Source: Hormiphora californensis (Eukaryota; Animalia; Ctenophora). Taken from it: a stretch of 64,000 bases of DNA. The notes below the pieces were generated by a model. It made no database searches. It was not told where the DNA came from and worked only from the letters and a program-made list of their open reading frames with translations. A program made the position numbers and the translations under genes. Of the stretch, positions 1-12,678 are shown one piece after another (the first letter of the stretch is position 1; each line of letters opens with the position of its first letter). The stretch spans positions 8,618,001 through 8,682,000 of the forward strand of contig CM035351.1 of NCBI GenBank assembly GCA_020137815.1, in the 5' to 3' direction.

Positions 1-461
1 CAGAGGACACATCAGTGTCATCAGAGTCCTCAAATCTGCTCCCATAATCGATCTTGGCAAGTTTTGGAAAGAACACTTTGTCAAACCAAAAGTCAGCCTT
101 TTCTAAGATTTGTATGACCTTTTCATCAAGTTTCTTTTAACTTTTGGTTTTGGTAATGTTTTGGCAGGGCTTGGTGTTGCAGGCTTCTCCTTTTCTTTCT
201 TTTTACGGGTGATAGCATGTCGTAACAGAGTCTCACTGTATAGCGTTCTCTTCATCTGGTCGTCAGTCATATCAGCTGTGATCTCCAAGATCAGAGGGTG
301 TATCTGGTAACCTGATGTGAGGGGTTCTGATTCATCATATGTGAAGTTGGTCTCCGTCGGGGATAGTTCTGAATCTTCTTTGATCTCTACAGGCTCCTGA
401 TTGAAGCACATCGTGTTTCGGACATCGAAACGATTAGAAGAGTCTTGAAAACGACTCAACC
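1..461 (-). CDS. Probable coding exon of an unidentified gene running off the window edge
   Basis: Open frame 103-459 (-) begins at an acceptor (tttttccag| at ~462); Lys/Pro-rich; no recognisable family. Confidence 0.35.
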
Positions 462-689
462 TGGAAAAATGAGTTATTGTAAGCTGGTCTATTAGTATTA
501 CACTATTAATAATAGTATTAGTGGTCCGTCAGAATGCTGGCCCAATCCTGAATCCATTGTGCAATGAAATGGCAGCCAACGAATGCCCGGCCCTTGTTCG
601 CTCATCTCTAAGTTTGACATGTTCCCAATCTGTCGGCTCTCACCGAGCTCGAAGGAAACCTAGCCAAGTCAAAGCCGAGCTCGGAGTCG

Positions 690-746
690 GCCGGCCCTGA
701 CAATTAATTGTGAAGTTAACTTCACAACTAATTGTCAGGGCCGGCC
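690..746. repeat. Short near-perfect palindrome
   Basis: gccggccctgacaattaattgtgaag-ttaa-cttcacaactaattgtcagggccggc. Confidence 0.8.
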
Positions 747-1286
747 ACCGGATCGCGACCTGGAGCTCCATGGAGTCAGGAGTGGTTGCGGCGACCAGCT
801 GTGGTCAGCTGGAAGACACTCAAATGACCGGTCATGACCACCAGATAATCACAAAATAGTCACACACACATGACAGTACACACACACTGCACTGTCAGTG
901 ATAGTGTGTTCTGTGTGACAGTGCCACACAAAACACACTATCGAAAGAGACGAAAAACGTCGGCGGCGAGTTCGCTTTAAATAAATTAAAACATAGCGCC
1001 GCGCAAACGAGTAGGCGCGCGCGGTGTTGAAACAAAAATCTGAATCTTTCGAATAAACTTTTTTTTCGGATCTTTTTTCAAAAGTGTTTTTGGGTCTCCC
1101 CAAACTTCGCCTCCAATCATCACAAATTGACCTACACTCTACAGTCATAGTTTTTGTTGCTAAGTATGTAGTTATTAAGATGCATTTGATATGTGAGGAG
1201 TGAAGCGCATCGCATGCATCTCACATCACTGCAGTCGCCAGTCAGCAGTGCTGCGACAGCTTGGCTAGGGATCCGATTCTACTTTT

Positions 1287-2011
1287 CTCAACAAATCCGA
1301 GTTTCGTGATGCTCTTGCCCTGAGGTATGACCTTTCCCTTCGGGAGTTTCCCAACCATTGTGCTTGTGGTAAACCAAACTCCATTGAACACTGTCTAACT
1401 TGTGCTCGTGGAGGCTATGTGCATCTCAGGCACAACCAGATTCGCGATCTAACTGCCAATCTTCTAGTGGAGGCTGGGTGTACGGATGTTAAAGTGGAGC
1501 CCATCTTCTCCCTCTAACTGGTGAGACACTCCAATATGCCTCCGCGATCACCAATGATGAGGCACGTCTTGATGTCTCGGCTCGTGGTGTCTGGTCTGAC
1601 TTATCAAAACTGTTCATTGATGTCCGCATCTTCAATTCTCGAGCCCCAACCAATAAATCATTGCCAGTCAACAAGGTTTTGAAGAAGCACGAGGACGAGA
1701 AGAAGCGTGCTTATGGAGAGCGTGTACTGCAGGTGGAGAAAAGCTCCTTCACACCAGCTGTTTTCTCTACCTCTGGAATCATGGGCGATGAGGCTGACAA
1801 ACTTTACAAACAAATTGCCCACCTACTCTCAAAAAAGACCAAACAGTCCTACCCCGATTGCATCCGGTATATCAGACAGAGACTATCTTTCTGCCTGTTA
1901 AAAACTCTTATCATTAGTCTCCGGGGTCATCGTGGCCAGAGCCCGAAGAGTTTTAGTGATCGCAATGACATTAACATTTTATACATGATTAAAAACAATA
2001 ACCAGAATTAA
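1287..2011 (+). mobile_element. 5'-truncated RLE-type (CRE-like) non-LTR retrotransposon fragment: zinc knuckle plus restriction-like endonuclease
   Basis: Translates LNKSEFRDALALRY..CACG..EHCLTC..GG..RHNQIRD..EARLDVSARGVW..FIDVRIF..EKKRAY..FTPAVFSTSG; one frameshift near 1500. Confidence 0.75.
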
Positions 2012-2218
2012 TTTATTATACCCAATTTATGTACAGATAAGATTGATTTCTATATCCATTTTACTAATTGAACCGGTACCCCGGCTTTCGAAAAAATTCT
2101 ACTTTTCCGACCGTCTCGGAATCAGGGCGGAGGTTCCTACCTCACCCACGAGTACGCAAACGTCGATAGCAACAAAACAATACAACTCATTTGCTGGCCG
2201 GGTAACAAGGCTATGGAT

Positions 2219-2632
2219 CAGGGGCGGCTCTGGCCGGGTGGCCAGGTGGCCATGGCCACCCTGGACGAATTTAAGGGCACGGGGGAACATTTCAATTAAA
2301 GAAAATAAAAGAAATTCCATTCAGAAAACTAGGAATTTTGAAACCGAAATCTTAGTTTTTGACCTGCGTCACATGTTTTTACAGATCTCGCGCGTTACAT
2401 ACATGGTGCAGGGTGGCGAGGACACTCTACTTCAGCTAAAACTGTCTCAGATTGTCAAAATTGCCCTCAAAAACCCCCTACGCCCCCCTACGCCCCCCTA
2501 CGCCCCCGCCGGGGCTGCGCCCCTGGACCCTGCGATGGGGGGTTTCACCCCCCATACCCCCTGACCGAGGCTGCCGCCCCTGGCCCCGGACACCCTGGAC
2601 GACTCGCGACCAGAGGTCGCGAGCCGCCCCTG
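2219..2632. mobile_element. hAT-type MITE
   Basis: TIRs CAGGGGCGGCTC / GAGCCGCCCCTG; 8-bp TSD CTATGGAT at 2211-2218 and 2633-2640. Confidence 0.9.
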
Positions 2633-3597
2633 CTATGGATCACCCTGCCGAAAACGGTGAATTCGGCATAAAGGCTAGAGAGTTTCAAAGTTCTTCTAGG
2701 GGAGTGGATGAAACGTTTTCCGGATAGACCACCAGTCTCCGGATACAGCCGTCAAAACAATAATTCAATTCTGGAGTGGGCCCGTGGGACTGCTTGTGCG
2801 GGGGATGTTCGATTGGACTGACACCATTATATGTTGATATATGAAGTTTATTACAAAGTTACAAAGTTACAAGGCGTGATCCTGTAAACGCATGGAGGGT
2901 GCTGGAACAGAGTGAGAAGTGAGAAGCTCAAGTAAGGGTATGGAGGCAAAAAGAAGTGTTGCGTCGTGCATACTTTTGCGACACATCACACACATTGCAT
3001 TAGGGCAATACTGAATACAGCGTAAAAGCCTTGCAAACCATTTAGAAATGTCTCCAAAACGATAAAAGATCGCTCCTAAGTAAATTCTGTCTATAAACTG
3101 AGAGATTCCACCGGTGAACCGTTTTTGGGCAAAATCTGTGAATTGCATGCTCGTCCCATTATGCGTGTCAAAACATATTCGTTGGGAAAGGCCTGATATA
3201 TCCTGTGTGTGTCACAACACACTGTGCACAGTGTCGGGCCTCCATATGGAAAGTTATTGAACTGCATGTACCCTGTTTTGGGCCATAGATAGAGAGCGAG
3301 TGCACCGACTATGGAAGTAGATTCACGTGTGTTGCCCGATGTGTCGTAACACAGTGGATCTGATTGGTTCAATGAAGTCGATAAAACATTAACAATTATG
3401 GTCTGAGAAACGACAAAGCACCATACAGCATTGATATCGATGGGAGTACCGACTACCGTTATATTCTCTACTTTTTCAAATTTTGAAATGATATATAAAA
3501 CAGTCTAACTGACAATTCCACCGAGCTGAATTCATTCAGTTGGATTTTCCATGATGAAAGTTCCAAGTTTAAACTACACAAATTTTTAATCTGTACA

Positions 3598-5084
3598 CAC
3601 GGTGTCCCTTAAGGAGGTGAAACCTCGACTAGATAAAGTTTTTTGGAGACCGGACCTAGGTTACGTATTTTTGACCGAGGAATCCGAAAAACATAAAATT
3701 AAAATCGAAAACGTAGCGGTTTTTGCGTAAAACGGCAAAAACTGTCATTTTTCAGCGATTTTCGACTTTTTACGCTTTCTAGAGATTTTAAAAATATTTC
3801 CTTACAAGATATGATCTTGTGCTTCTAGACTAATAAAATACAATCGATTTGCTACAAATTGGTCCCGGGTTTGTGTGATTTGGTCAAAAGCTCTCTTTAC
3901 TGTAGCCCATCAAAGATGGCCACTCTGCAAATACTATTTTGGCTCCTGTGGCCGCAGATGTAAACCAAAAGAAGATTTATTATACACCAAAATTTGCGTC
4001 TTCTGAAGGCGAACAACCTGGTTTTTACGAAATTTGATTTCATGCAGGCGTTCAAAAATTACAGCCGAAAAACTGGTACAGTGGATTTCAGAAATACCCC
4101 TACTTCAACAAACCCTAATCCAGATAAGATTTCGAAAAATATACATCTTCATACATGAAAATGAAGCTCAGACAAATGCCAACGTGATGCAAAAAACGGG
4201 AAGTTTGTAACTTATTTCGTTTAGAAGCTATAGCGAAAATAAAAGTGCTTGTATTTGCCTTGAAAACACCCTCTAAAAACCATACTTTCAGACAATTTCT
4301 GACAATTTCAAACAAATTCTGTCCACAGGGGGCTAAGTTGGTGCACTGGAGGTGACATTTTATTCGTATTGCATTTTTAGACAGATTTGCTATTTTTCAG
4401 GGCTTTTAGAGGATGTTTTCAAGGCAAATACAAGCACTTTTATTTTCGCTATAGCTTCTAAACGAAATAAGTTGCACACTTCCCGTTTTTTGCATCACGT
4501 TGGCATTTGTCTGAGCTTCATTTTCATGTATGGAGATGTATATTTTTCGAAATCTTATCTGGATTAGGGTTTGTTGAAGTAGGGGTATTTCCGAAATCCA
4601 CTGTACCAGTTTTTCGGCTGTAATTTTTGAACGCCTGCATGAAATCAAATTTCGTAAAAACCAGGTTGTTCGCCTTCAGAAGACGCAAATTTGTGTGTAT
4701 AATAAATCTTCTTTTGGTTTACATCTGCGGCCACAGGAGCCAAAACAGTATTTGCAGAGTGGCCATCTTTGATGGGCCACAGTAAAGAGAGCTTTTGACC
4801 AAATCACACAAACCCGGGACCAATTTGTAGCAAATCGATTGTATTTTATTAGTCTAGAAGCACAAGATCATATCTTGTAAGGAAATATTTTTTAAATCTC
4901 TAGAAAGCGTAAAAAGTCTAAAATCGCTGAAAAATGACAGTTTTTGCCGTTTTACGCAAAAACCGCTACGTTTTCGATTTTAATTTTATGTTTTTCGGAT
5001 TCCTCGGTCAAAAATACGTAACCTAGGTCCGGTCTCCAAAAAACTTTATCTAGTCGAGGTTTCACCTCCTTAAGGGACACCGTG
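3598..5084. mobile_element. Large foldback non-autonomous DNA transposon (Tc1/mariner-like ends)
   Basis: Inverted arms of ~670 bp (about 3598-4270 and 4410-5084); ends CACGGTGTCCCTTAAG / CTTAAGGGACACCGTG followed by TA. Confidence 0.85.
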
Positions 5085-5124
5085 TACACACACATTTCGC
5101 CCACAGAGCTGATCGTACAAACTA

Positions 5125-6023
5125 TTAGGTCATCCAATATTGATCTGGACTGGTCTACCGTGAGAGAACGGAGCCAGATAGAGCCAAGCGACCAGTTCCA
5201 GCGTCTTCCTTGGACATTTTTAGATTGGACTAGGATGGTGGGAGCCTTCGCATGCTTGCTCTTATGTCTCACAGGCAATTAATTGGATCATTACTCTAGC
5301 TGCCGCTAACTTTTAACTCAATTTTGGACCAATATGACCTACTTCCGGATAATTTGGAAAGTTTTTAACCCTATGTATTGCTTATTAAATGGCTTGAGAT
5401 ACTCAAGAAACCTTCCTGAAATTTTTGGATAAAATTTCTAGCATGGGGAAGCGATTTTCGCAAGATTTGGTAAAGCTGGATTTTAATTTTTTTTACAAAT
5501 GTTGAAAAAAGTCGCCGTGAGCCAGGTATCCATTGACCGATCGTAATGAAACTAACATAGGACCTAGAAAATTGTATAAGCTAACATTTAACGTTGGATT
5601 CAAGTCATTTAGACGTTTAGAACGTACAAAAACGGCCATGAAGTGCGCAGAGCGCAATTTTGGCAAAAATCAAATTTTTGAAGATGAAGATGGAATCTAA
5701 ACGCTTCAATTATGGTTGCATCAGATTCAGGCTGAAAAATTGATCTAGGAACATTGGTCAAACCGATCATCTGTCCCCAATAGAGAAAATGCCATGACAT
5801 ATTCAATCATCCGTAGTGTCACAGATTTTTCTTTCATAAAGCGGCAACTAGAGTAGCAATGAAACATATTGCTCGTGAGGCAATACTGCCAGCAGGCGAA
5901 GGTTCCCACCATCCTAGTCCAACCTAAAAATGTCCAAGGAAGACGCTGGAACAGGTCGCTTGGCTCTATTTGGCTCCGTTCTCTCACAAACATACCTGTC
6001 CAGATCAATATTGGATGACCTAA
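5125..6023. mobile_element. Tc1/mariner-like MITE
   Basis: Imperfect TIRs of ~150 bp starting TTAGGTCATCCAATATTGATCTGGAC; TA on both flanks. Confidence 0.8.
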
Positions 6024-6085
6024 TACAAGTCCCCAAAAGCGTACTGTTTAAGAATTATAATATTTAAGACCTTTTCTAATCTCAC

Positions 6086-6685
6086 CTTTTGATTTTTTTG
6101 AAGTTGATTTTCCCCACTGATTGTCCGGGAAGGTCGTGTTTCAGAAGGAAATTGTATTGTCTGGTAAGCTGCTTGTTCTGCAGATACTTTAGTTTGTCAT
6201 CCCAATTGTCAAACTTTTCCAGCTCTTTCACTAAATTCTGGTGATGACTGTCCCCAAACGGAGAATCATCTGGTGGCGGGGGAGGCTCCTCTGGGACATC
6301 CTTCTTCTTTTTGTCTTCCTGCATTGTCATCATGCCCATCCCATCTTCATCTCCAAACCCTGATCCACCTCCATCGCCTCCTCTAGCTCTCCTACCACCC
6401 ATATCAGACTTCCTCATCCGGCCAGACATCTGACGCCGCTGTGCCTTTCCGCTCATTCGACCACTCTGCTGTGATTTACCCCCAGCAGCCCTTGATGGTC
6501 TTCCACCAGCCGCTTTTCCTCCCATCTTTGCACCACCAGTTTTACCAGTCATCCCCGTTGCTCGAGTCGGCTGACGCTGCATGTTACGAGCCATACGTCT
6601 TCCACCCTGCATCCCACCCTGCATCCCACCGGCCCTTCCACCACCTGGACCACCACCCACCTCCCATCCTCATTCGAGACTGCAT
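6086..6685 (-). CDS. First exon of an unidentified protein with a Gly/Met/Arg-rich low-complexity N-terminus
   Basis: ATG at 6685 after an acceptor-like tttag; joins ORF 6082-6660 through a 1-nt frameshift in a G run; donor GTGAGA at ~6085. Confidence 0.55.
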
Positions 6686-6771
6686 GGTGTTGGCAACAAT
6701 ACGTTAAACAACTTATAACTAACCAAATAGAAGTGCCGTGAAGTGATTGGCTCACTGAATGTCCCCCTTTA

Positions 6772-6779
6772 GTCACGTG
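6772..6779. promoter_or_regulatory. E-box GTCACGTG in a ~230-bp divergent intergenic region
   Basis: Motif lies between head-to-head starts 6685(-) and 6915(+); it recurs at 24726 and 57193, also upstream of gene starts. Confidence 0.4.
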
Positions 6780-6914
6780 CTCTCGTTACATATATATTGT
6801 ATACTGCAGCCCCATAACAAGTACAACACCACTGATTCTTCTCCTACCTTTCCAACTACTCTATTCTAACACTAATTCCTCAATCCTCGTCTTAGCAAGA
6901 ACACATTCCTCATC

Positions 6915-7388
<474 letters not shown>

Positions 7389-7572
7389 ACACTATGATGT
7401 TCTAATACGAAAGAGAGAGAGAGAGAAAGAGAGATGTTTCTAACTTATTATAGTCCTATTTACCCGTTATAGTCCATTTTGTAACAAAGTTTTGTCCTAT
7501 TACAAAGTTGTTTTTCTCATGTAACAAAACTAATATTTCCCCCATTCTAAAACACTCTGTATTGCCTCAGGA

Positions 7573-9249
7573 ATGTCTGTCTCTGTAAAGCGGAAACGAG
7601 ACAGCACGGAGGAGGAGGAGTTTTTCATTTCGGACCTCGATGGATTAGATGTGTCTGAGACGGACCGAGAGGCGATCCTTGCCATTAAGGAAGCCAGCCC
7701 CCACATGTCTGCATATGAGTGTAAGAGGGCACTAAAATTGAGGCAAAACAACGAAGTGCTAAAGAGTCTCGGGTTGCTCCAAGAAAAACCATGGAAACCC
7801 CCTCCGAAGGCAGTCTCAGTACCCCGGAAGTGGACCAAGAAGGTTCCGACCAACCAGGAACCAGAGCGGAGATCATCACGGATTGCGGGAGCTGCACCTG
7901 TGAACTACTCCCACGAGGCTATCGGGCAGTGGTTTAGCGAGAACGATAAACCTTCTGCTTCTACAATTACCCGACGCTCATCTAGAGTGAACAATGAAAA
8001 TGGGGAAAATGTAAGACAGAAGCTCACCCAAAAACTATTGGCAACCGACGTAGCAGACGCGAACTCTGACTCTTTTACACCCATTTATGATGCCATGAAA
8101 TCTTATAAGTGTGAAAAGAAAGAAGAAAACATCAAATGCAAAGTGGAGAAGAAATCAGTGATGGAGACATCTAAAAAGATTCAAAGTCAGGATAAGGGGA
8201 CCCTGGTTCGGGCGTGTACTAAGAGAATTTCTGCTCTCGCGATCCATCCAACCACCCATACCTTCTTGGTAGCTGGGGGATCAAAGAACGGGGAGTTAGG
8301 TATAACTGCTCTTGCAGAAGACCAAACTGAACCTGTCTCTGTCCGAATGCAAGGCGAGGACAACATCCTGGCGGGACTAAAATTCTCCTCTGATAAACTC
8401 TACTCGAGCAGTTATACAGGAATTTGCAGGGTTCTGGACCCCACTACCGCTTCTTACGACACTGTAATTGAGATGGACGATGGTATCCGCGGCTTGGATA
8501 TACGTCAAGACACGAACCTTTATCTAACAGGCCAGGGTACGGGACAGGTTAACAAAGTTGATACTCGCACAAACTCCGTCTCAGCAACCTACCCTGCAGT
8601 AGAGGATTATCGGAGTTATGGAAGTTTATGGAGCGTCAACTGCCACCCATTCGATGATAACTACTTTGTATCTAGCTCCAATAACGGGACTGTCACTCTG
8701 TGGGATGACCGACAGACTAAGGAACCCCTGGACGTTAACGACACAGCTCACTCCAAAAGTGTCAGCAGTGCGGTGTTCGATTTGGCGACAGGAAATACAC
8801 TCGTTACAGTTGCATATGATGACCTGATTTGCAGATTGGGGTTCAAGGATAAGAGTAAATTGGTAACTGAGGAGACTGCCCGGCATATGAACGAGACGGG
8901 ACGGTGGCTCACCAAGTTCCAAGCTGAATGGTACCCCCAGTCGGACACTGTCTTCGCTATTGGTTCCATGGCTCGACCTCGGAGGTTTGAGTTCTACAAC
9001 TCAAAGCTGGCAATGATCCAGACAAAGACTAATGATGAGATATTGGTATCTGTTCAGTCACTAATCAGGTTTCATCCTAGTACGGGGGCCATTGCCACTG
9101 GTAATTCTAGTGGATATGTCACCCTCTGGAGGTCTTCATCATCAAGAAATGGGGGTGAAACTGCAGTAAAGCAGGAACTAAAAGAGGAGCAGGAAGAGGA
9201 GGAGGTATCATCGTCTGGGCTGTTAAAACAGGAGGACCGACAGTTGTAA
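7573..9249 (+). CDS. WDR76: WD40-repeat protein WDR76/CMR1-like, intronless
   Basis: N-terminal SAYECKRALKLRQNNEVLKSLG, WD repeats, HMNETGRWLTKFQAEW, GSMARPRR. Confidence 0.85.
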   Translation: MSVSVKRKRDSTEEEEFFISDLDGLDVSETDREAILAIKEASPHMSAYECKRALKLRQNNEVLKSLGLLQEKPWKPPPKAVSVPRKWTKKVPTNQEPERRSSRIAGAAPVNYSHEAIGQWFSENDKPSASTITRRSSRVNNENGENVRQKLTQKLLATDVADANSDSFTPIYDAMKSYKCEKKEENIKCKVEKKSVMETSKKIQSQDKGTLVRACTKRISALAIHPTTHTFLVAGGSKNGELGITALAEDQTEPVSVRMQGEDNILAGLKFSSDKLYSSSYTGICRVLDPTTASYDTVIEMDDGIRGLDIRQDTNLYLTGQGTGQVNKVDTRTNSVSATYPAVEDYRSYGSLWSVNCHPFDDNYFVSSSNNGTVTLWDDRQTKEPLDVNDTAHSKSVSSAVFDLATGNTLVTVAYDDLICRLGFKDKSKLVTEETARHMNETGRWLTKFQAEWYPQSDTVFAIGSMARPRRFEFYNSKLAMIQTKTNDEILVSVQSLIRFHPSTGAIATGNSSGYVTLWRSSSSRNGGETAVKQELKEEQEEEEVSSSGLLKQEDRQL

Positions 9250-9502
9250 TTATAAGAATTAGTAGCTGTTATCACATCAAACAAGTATTTTTAACGTTAT
9301 TATAATGACTGTATTTTTAAACTTTCTAATGTTATTTACAATTTTTACGTGACCCAGTAAAAGCTATAATAGCTCATCATAAAGCAGATCAGTCTGGCCT
9401 TTCATTGTTTCCTTCCCCAACCCCTTATCCGAGTACCATCAGTCACCAGGCCCCCCCACTCCCCGGTCACCACAACTGCTCAATAACCTCATCAACTCTA
9501 GC

Positions 9503-11367
9503 ATGGAGGAGGTATCAATAGACCTCGGAGGATATGAACCGACCCCGCAACCCGCCACCTCCTCCTCTGCCATGCCTGGCTCGGAGTTCCTGACTTCAGA
9601 GATGCAAACTCAACTTGCCGGGAAAATATTCGAAGTTGGCACAACCAAAGCTAAGGAAGCATTCAGTATCTACGGGAGGATTGACTACCTACGGCCCTAT
9701 TTCGATGTAGAACCTCGTCAGGTCCAGAAGAGGTTGATTACTGCCCTTATACCAGAGAGAATTACAGGAACGAAGAGTGAGGTTGTCAGGTAAGCTGAGC
9801 AGGAACATTGTATATTTTACCTAACAGCTAGACATTCCTCTTCATAGATAATATCCAGCATTTGTAACTTACTTGTTTTTTTTTCGAGCCTTTCTCACCG
9901 TGCCCAGAGACGGCAGATCATTTAGTAAAAAAGGGGTAAAAACAAAACACCTCTCCCCCCTGACTCAGCGAGTTATACGGTCCGCTCATGGTGGTGTTGA
10001 CCTTGATAGCGGTCATGCTAGCTGGTATGAAGAGCAGTGGCCAGACTGTGCAAGAAGGCACCCTCATGGGGACAGCCATTGGGACTTGTTTTGGGTATTG
10101 GTTGGGTGCCAGTCTCTTCTTCTTTGGTCTGGCCTACTTTTGTGATACAAGACTATCTCCAATCGAGGTTTGTTACACACGCGATACAAACTTACAAACT
10201 TCTACAAACCATGTTAGTCAGGACCACTATTGGTGCGCGGTCGTGCCCACGGAAGGAGTGCTTGGATCATCTTGAAACCGGTTTTAAGTTCACTAATGCA
10301 TACCCAAAAGTGTCTGTAGCCATTTGGGTGATGTTCTGACAATCCAATCACGAGTTATGACCGAAAAACAGTCAAAAAAGACGTTTTAAAGTGACAGAAA
10401 GGAGGATCTGAACACAGCCCTTATATGAAGGGCTGGGGCTTTGAAACTTCTTGTGTGGACAGAGAATCGTCCAAATTTGCAGTGTCAACTTTCAGATAGT
10501 TGCTATCTTTTGTAGTTATCTAATTAGAGTTGTTTAAACATGTGAGACAACCTATATGACCCTACAAAACAGGGTGATTAGGTACTACTTCCATCTCATA
10601 TTGCTTGCTCTCACCGCTTGTATGCTTTAATCCGCTCTCTAATTGGGCAAATCTCGTCAAGTGATCACTTCACAAGCAGTATTATAGGCCCCTTTAGCAA
10701 CTTCTCACATGTTTAAACGACTCTAATTAGATAACTACAAAAGATAGAAACTATCTGAAAGTTGACACTGCAAATTTGGACGATTCTCTGTCCACACAAG
10801 AAGTTTCAAAGCCCCAGCCCTTCATATAAGGGCTGTGTTCAGATCCTCCTTTCTGTCACTTTAAAACGTCTTTTTTGACTGTTTTTCGGTCATAACTCGT
10901 GATTGGATTGTCAGAACATCACCCAAATGGCTACAGACACTTTTGGGTATGCATTAGTGAACTTAAAACCGGTTTCAAGATGATCCAAGCACTCCTTCCG
11001 TGGGCACGACCGCGCACCAATAGTGGTCCTGACTATGTATACAAATGTCATGTTCTCTCCCCAGGTGTTGTCTCTATGCGGGTACGGCCTATTTGGTACT
11101 CTCCTCTGTATGTTTCTCTCCACACTCCTCCTCGCCTCAGCCACTAACACATTCTTCTACGTGACCTGGTTGGTGCTGGGTATCTCATCAGCCTTCAGGA
11201 TGGCGTCTATCTTCATGGAGCGGACAGCTGTCCGGAAGCAGGGTCTCACTGTGGCGATTATAGTAGCAAGTGTTCACCTCATGTTCATCCTGTACCTCAA
11301 GTTCTTTTATCATAAGACTTACGAGGCGGCTGCCAAGTTGGCGCCACCTGTCATTGCTGCCGGTTGA
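9503..11367 (+). CDS. YIPF3: YIP1 family member 3; exons ~9503-9789, ~9969-10167, 11065-11367
   Basis: IDYLRPYFDVEPRQVQKRL, ELYGPLMVVLTL, EGTLMGTAIGTCFGYW, several TM helices. Confidence 0.88.
10215..11035. mobile_element. Palindromic MITE in a YIPF3 intron
   Basis: Inverted arms of ~330 bp, TAGTCAGGACCACTATTGG ... CCAATAGTGGTCCTGACTA. Confidence 0.88.
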
Positions 11368-11717
11368 GTTGGGTAGTGTGTGAAGTGTGGGTATAGTAAA
11401 AAGGGAGAATTTTAGGTAGGGAGAGAGAAATAGAGAAGTAGAAAGGGAGAGCGTGTCGTCTCTTCCGGGGGTCCAGAATTGTGTGTGTTTCTGTGTGTTA
11501 TGTGAGTTACTCTTTTTGCATGTTAGTAGAGCTTGTAAATATATGTATCACTTTTCTTAGAGTTTTAGTGAAATATTGAATGGTATTTCGTAAACTTCGA
11601 CACACTTGTTTTACCTCCCTGCTTACTCTCAAAACAATCCCCGATATTCAAGTAACCAGCCGTATACAACCCTCCCTTCTTATTAGTAACCAGTTTAACC
11701 TCTCCTCTAGCTCCACT

Positions 11718-12312
11718 ATGTACAGTAGTATACACGGGAGGGTAATGGAGAACACGGTGCCAGTGATATCCCGACAAGGCATCAGTGGTATGTATAGTTT
11801 CCAAGAATCCTCCTCTGCTGCCTCCTCCTCTAACGTGACCCCTGAAGTACGGTCCCTCTGTAAGAAGAGTTCAGAGAACCTGCACCTACTGGTCAATGAG
11901 ACATCCCTGGCGTTCTATCGGATTGAAGAGCACATTGTGAAGACAGTACCCCATCTTCAGGTAACAACCGGCACCTTGTGTTATAGTGGATAGGTGGTGA
12001 AGTATTGTTATTTACAGTGTCATGCAAGCAACTTAATAATAATAAAACATGGCAGACAGAGAATTAAATTATCCGGTATTATCAAGTTTCAACTCATTTT
12101 ATCCACACTACTCTCTCCAGGGTATAGCTCAGCAAGTCAAGTCAGTGGAAACCAAGGCTGAGGGAGCTGGTTTTGACCAAGATTACACGGCCCAATTCCT
12201 AAGTGAGGTTGAGATCATCCCCGAGCTCCAGTCAGTGCAGGGGTGGGTAAAGAATGCTCTTGTTAATGCTAGTAAAATAAAGGAACTACAAGACAGAAGA
12301 GGGCCTACTTGA
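11718..12312 (+). CDS. BORCS8: BLOC-1-related complex subunit 8; exons ~11718-11960 and 12121-12312
   Basis: SENLHLLVNETSLAFYRIEEHIVKTVPHL resembles the BORCS8 motif ANEPSVALYRLQEHV. Confidence 0.75.
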
Positions 12313-12678
12313 TACCAGAAACAGTAGTTCTATTCAGAGACCCCCTCCGGATATATAAAGTGATTTTGGGACTGTTGTTGTACTGCAGCAGCTCAGGGTG
12401 ATATAAACCCCCACAGACTTGCTGGTCGAGTCTGGGGTGTAAGATGAGTGATTGATATATGTGTATTGTTATATGTGTATAAGATTGAGCTGACCTGTGT
12501 AAAATGTACGTTGTTCTGTGTGGTCTATTGTTGTTGAGATTCTGCCAATATTCTCCCTTACACGTTTCTTACCCCCTAATTTTCCAAATAAACTCCCCTA
12601 CACTTGCACATTAAAGTAAGTTACAGCTTAGTTCCATTTAATTATACTAACCACTCTCTGTTTTAGCTTGAGATATGA

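Noticed and set aside
2867-3430. CxxC-containing short ORFs on the - strand
   Set aside because: Fragmented frames with no recognisable family; they may be exons or a decayed gene but cannot be supported
4115-6008. Paired near-identical small ORFs on opposite strands (also 10037-11150)
   Set aside because: Products of inverted-repeat arms, with no transposase motifs
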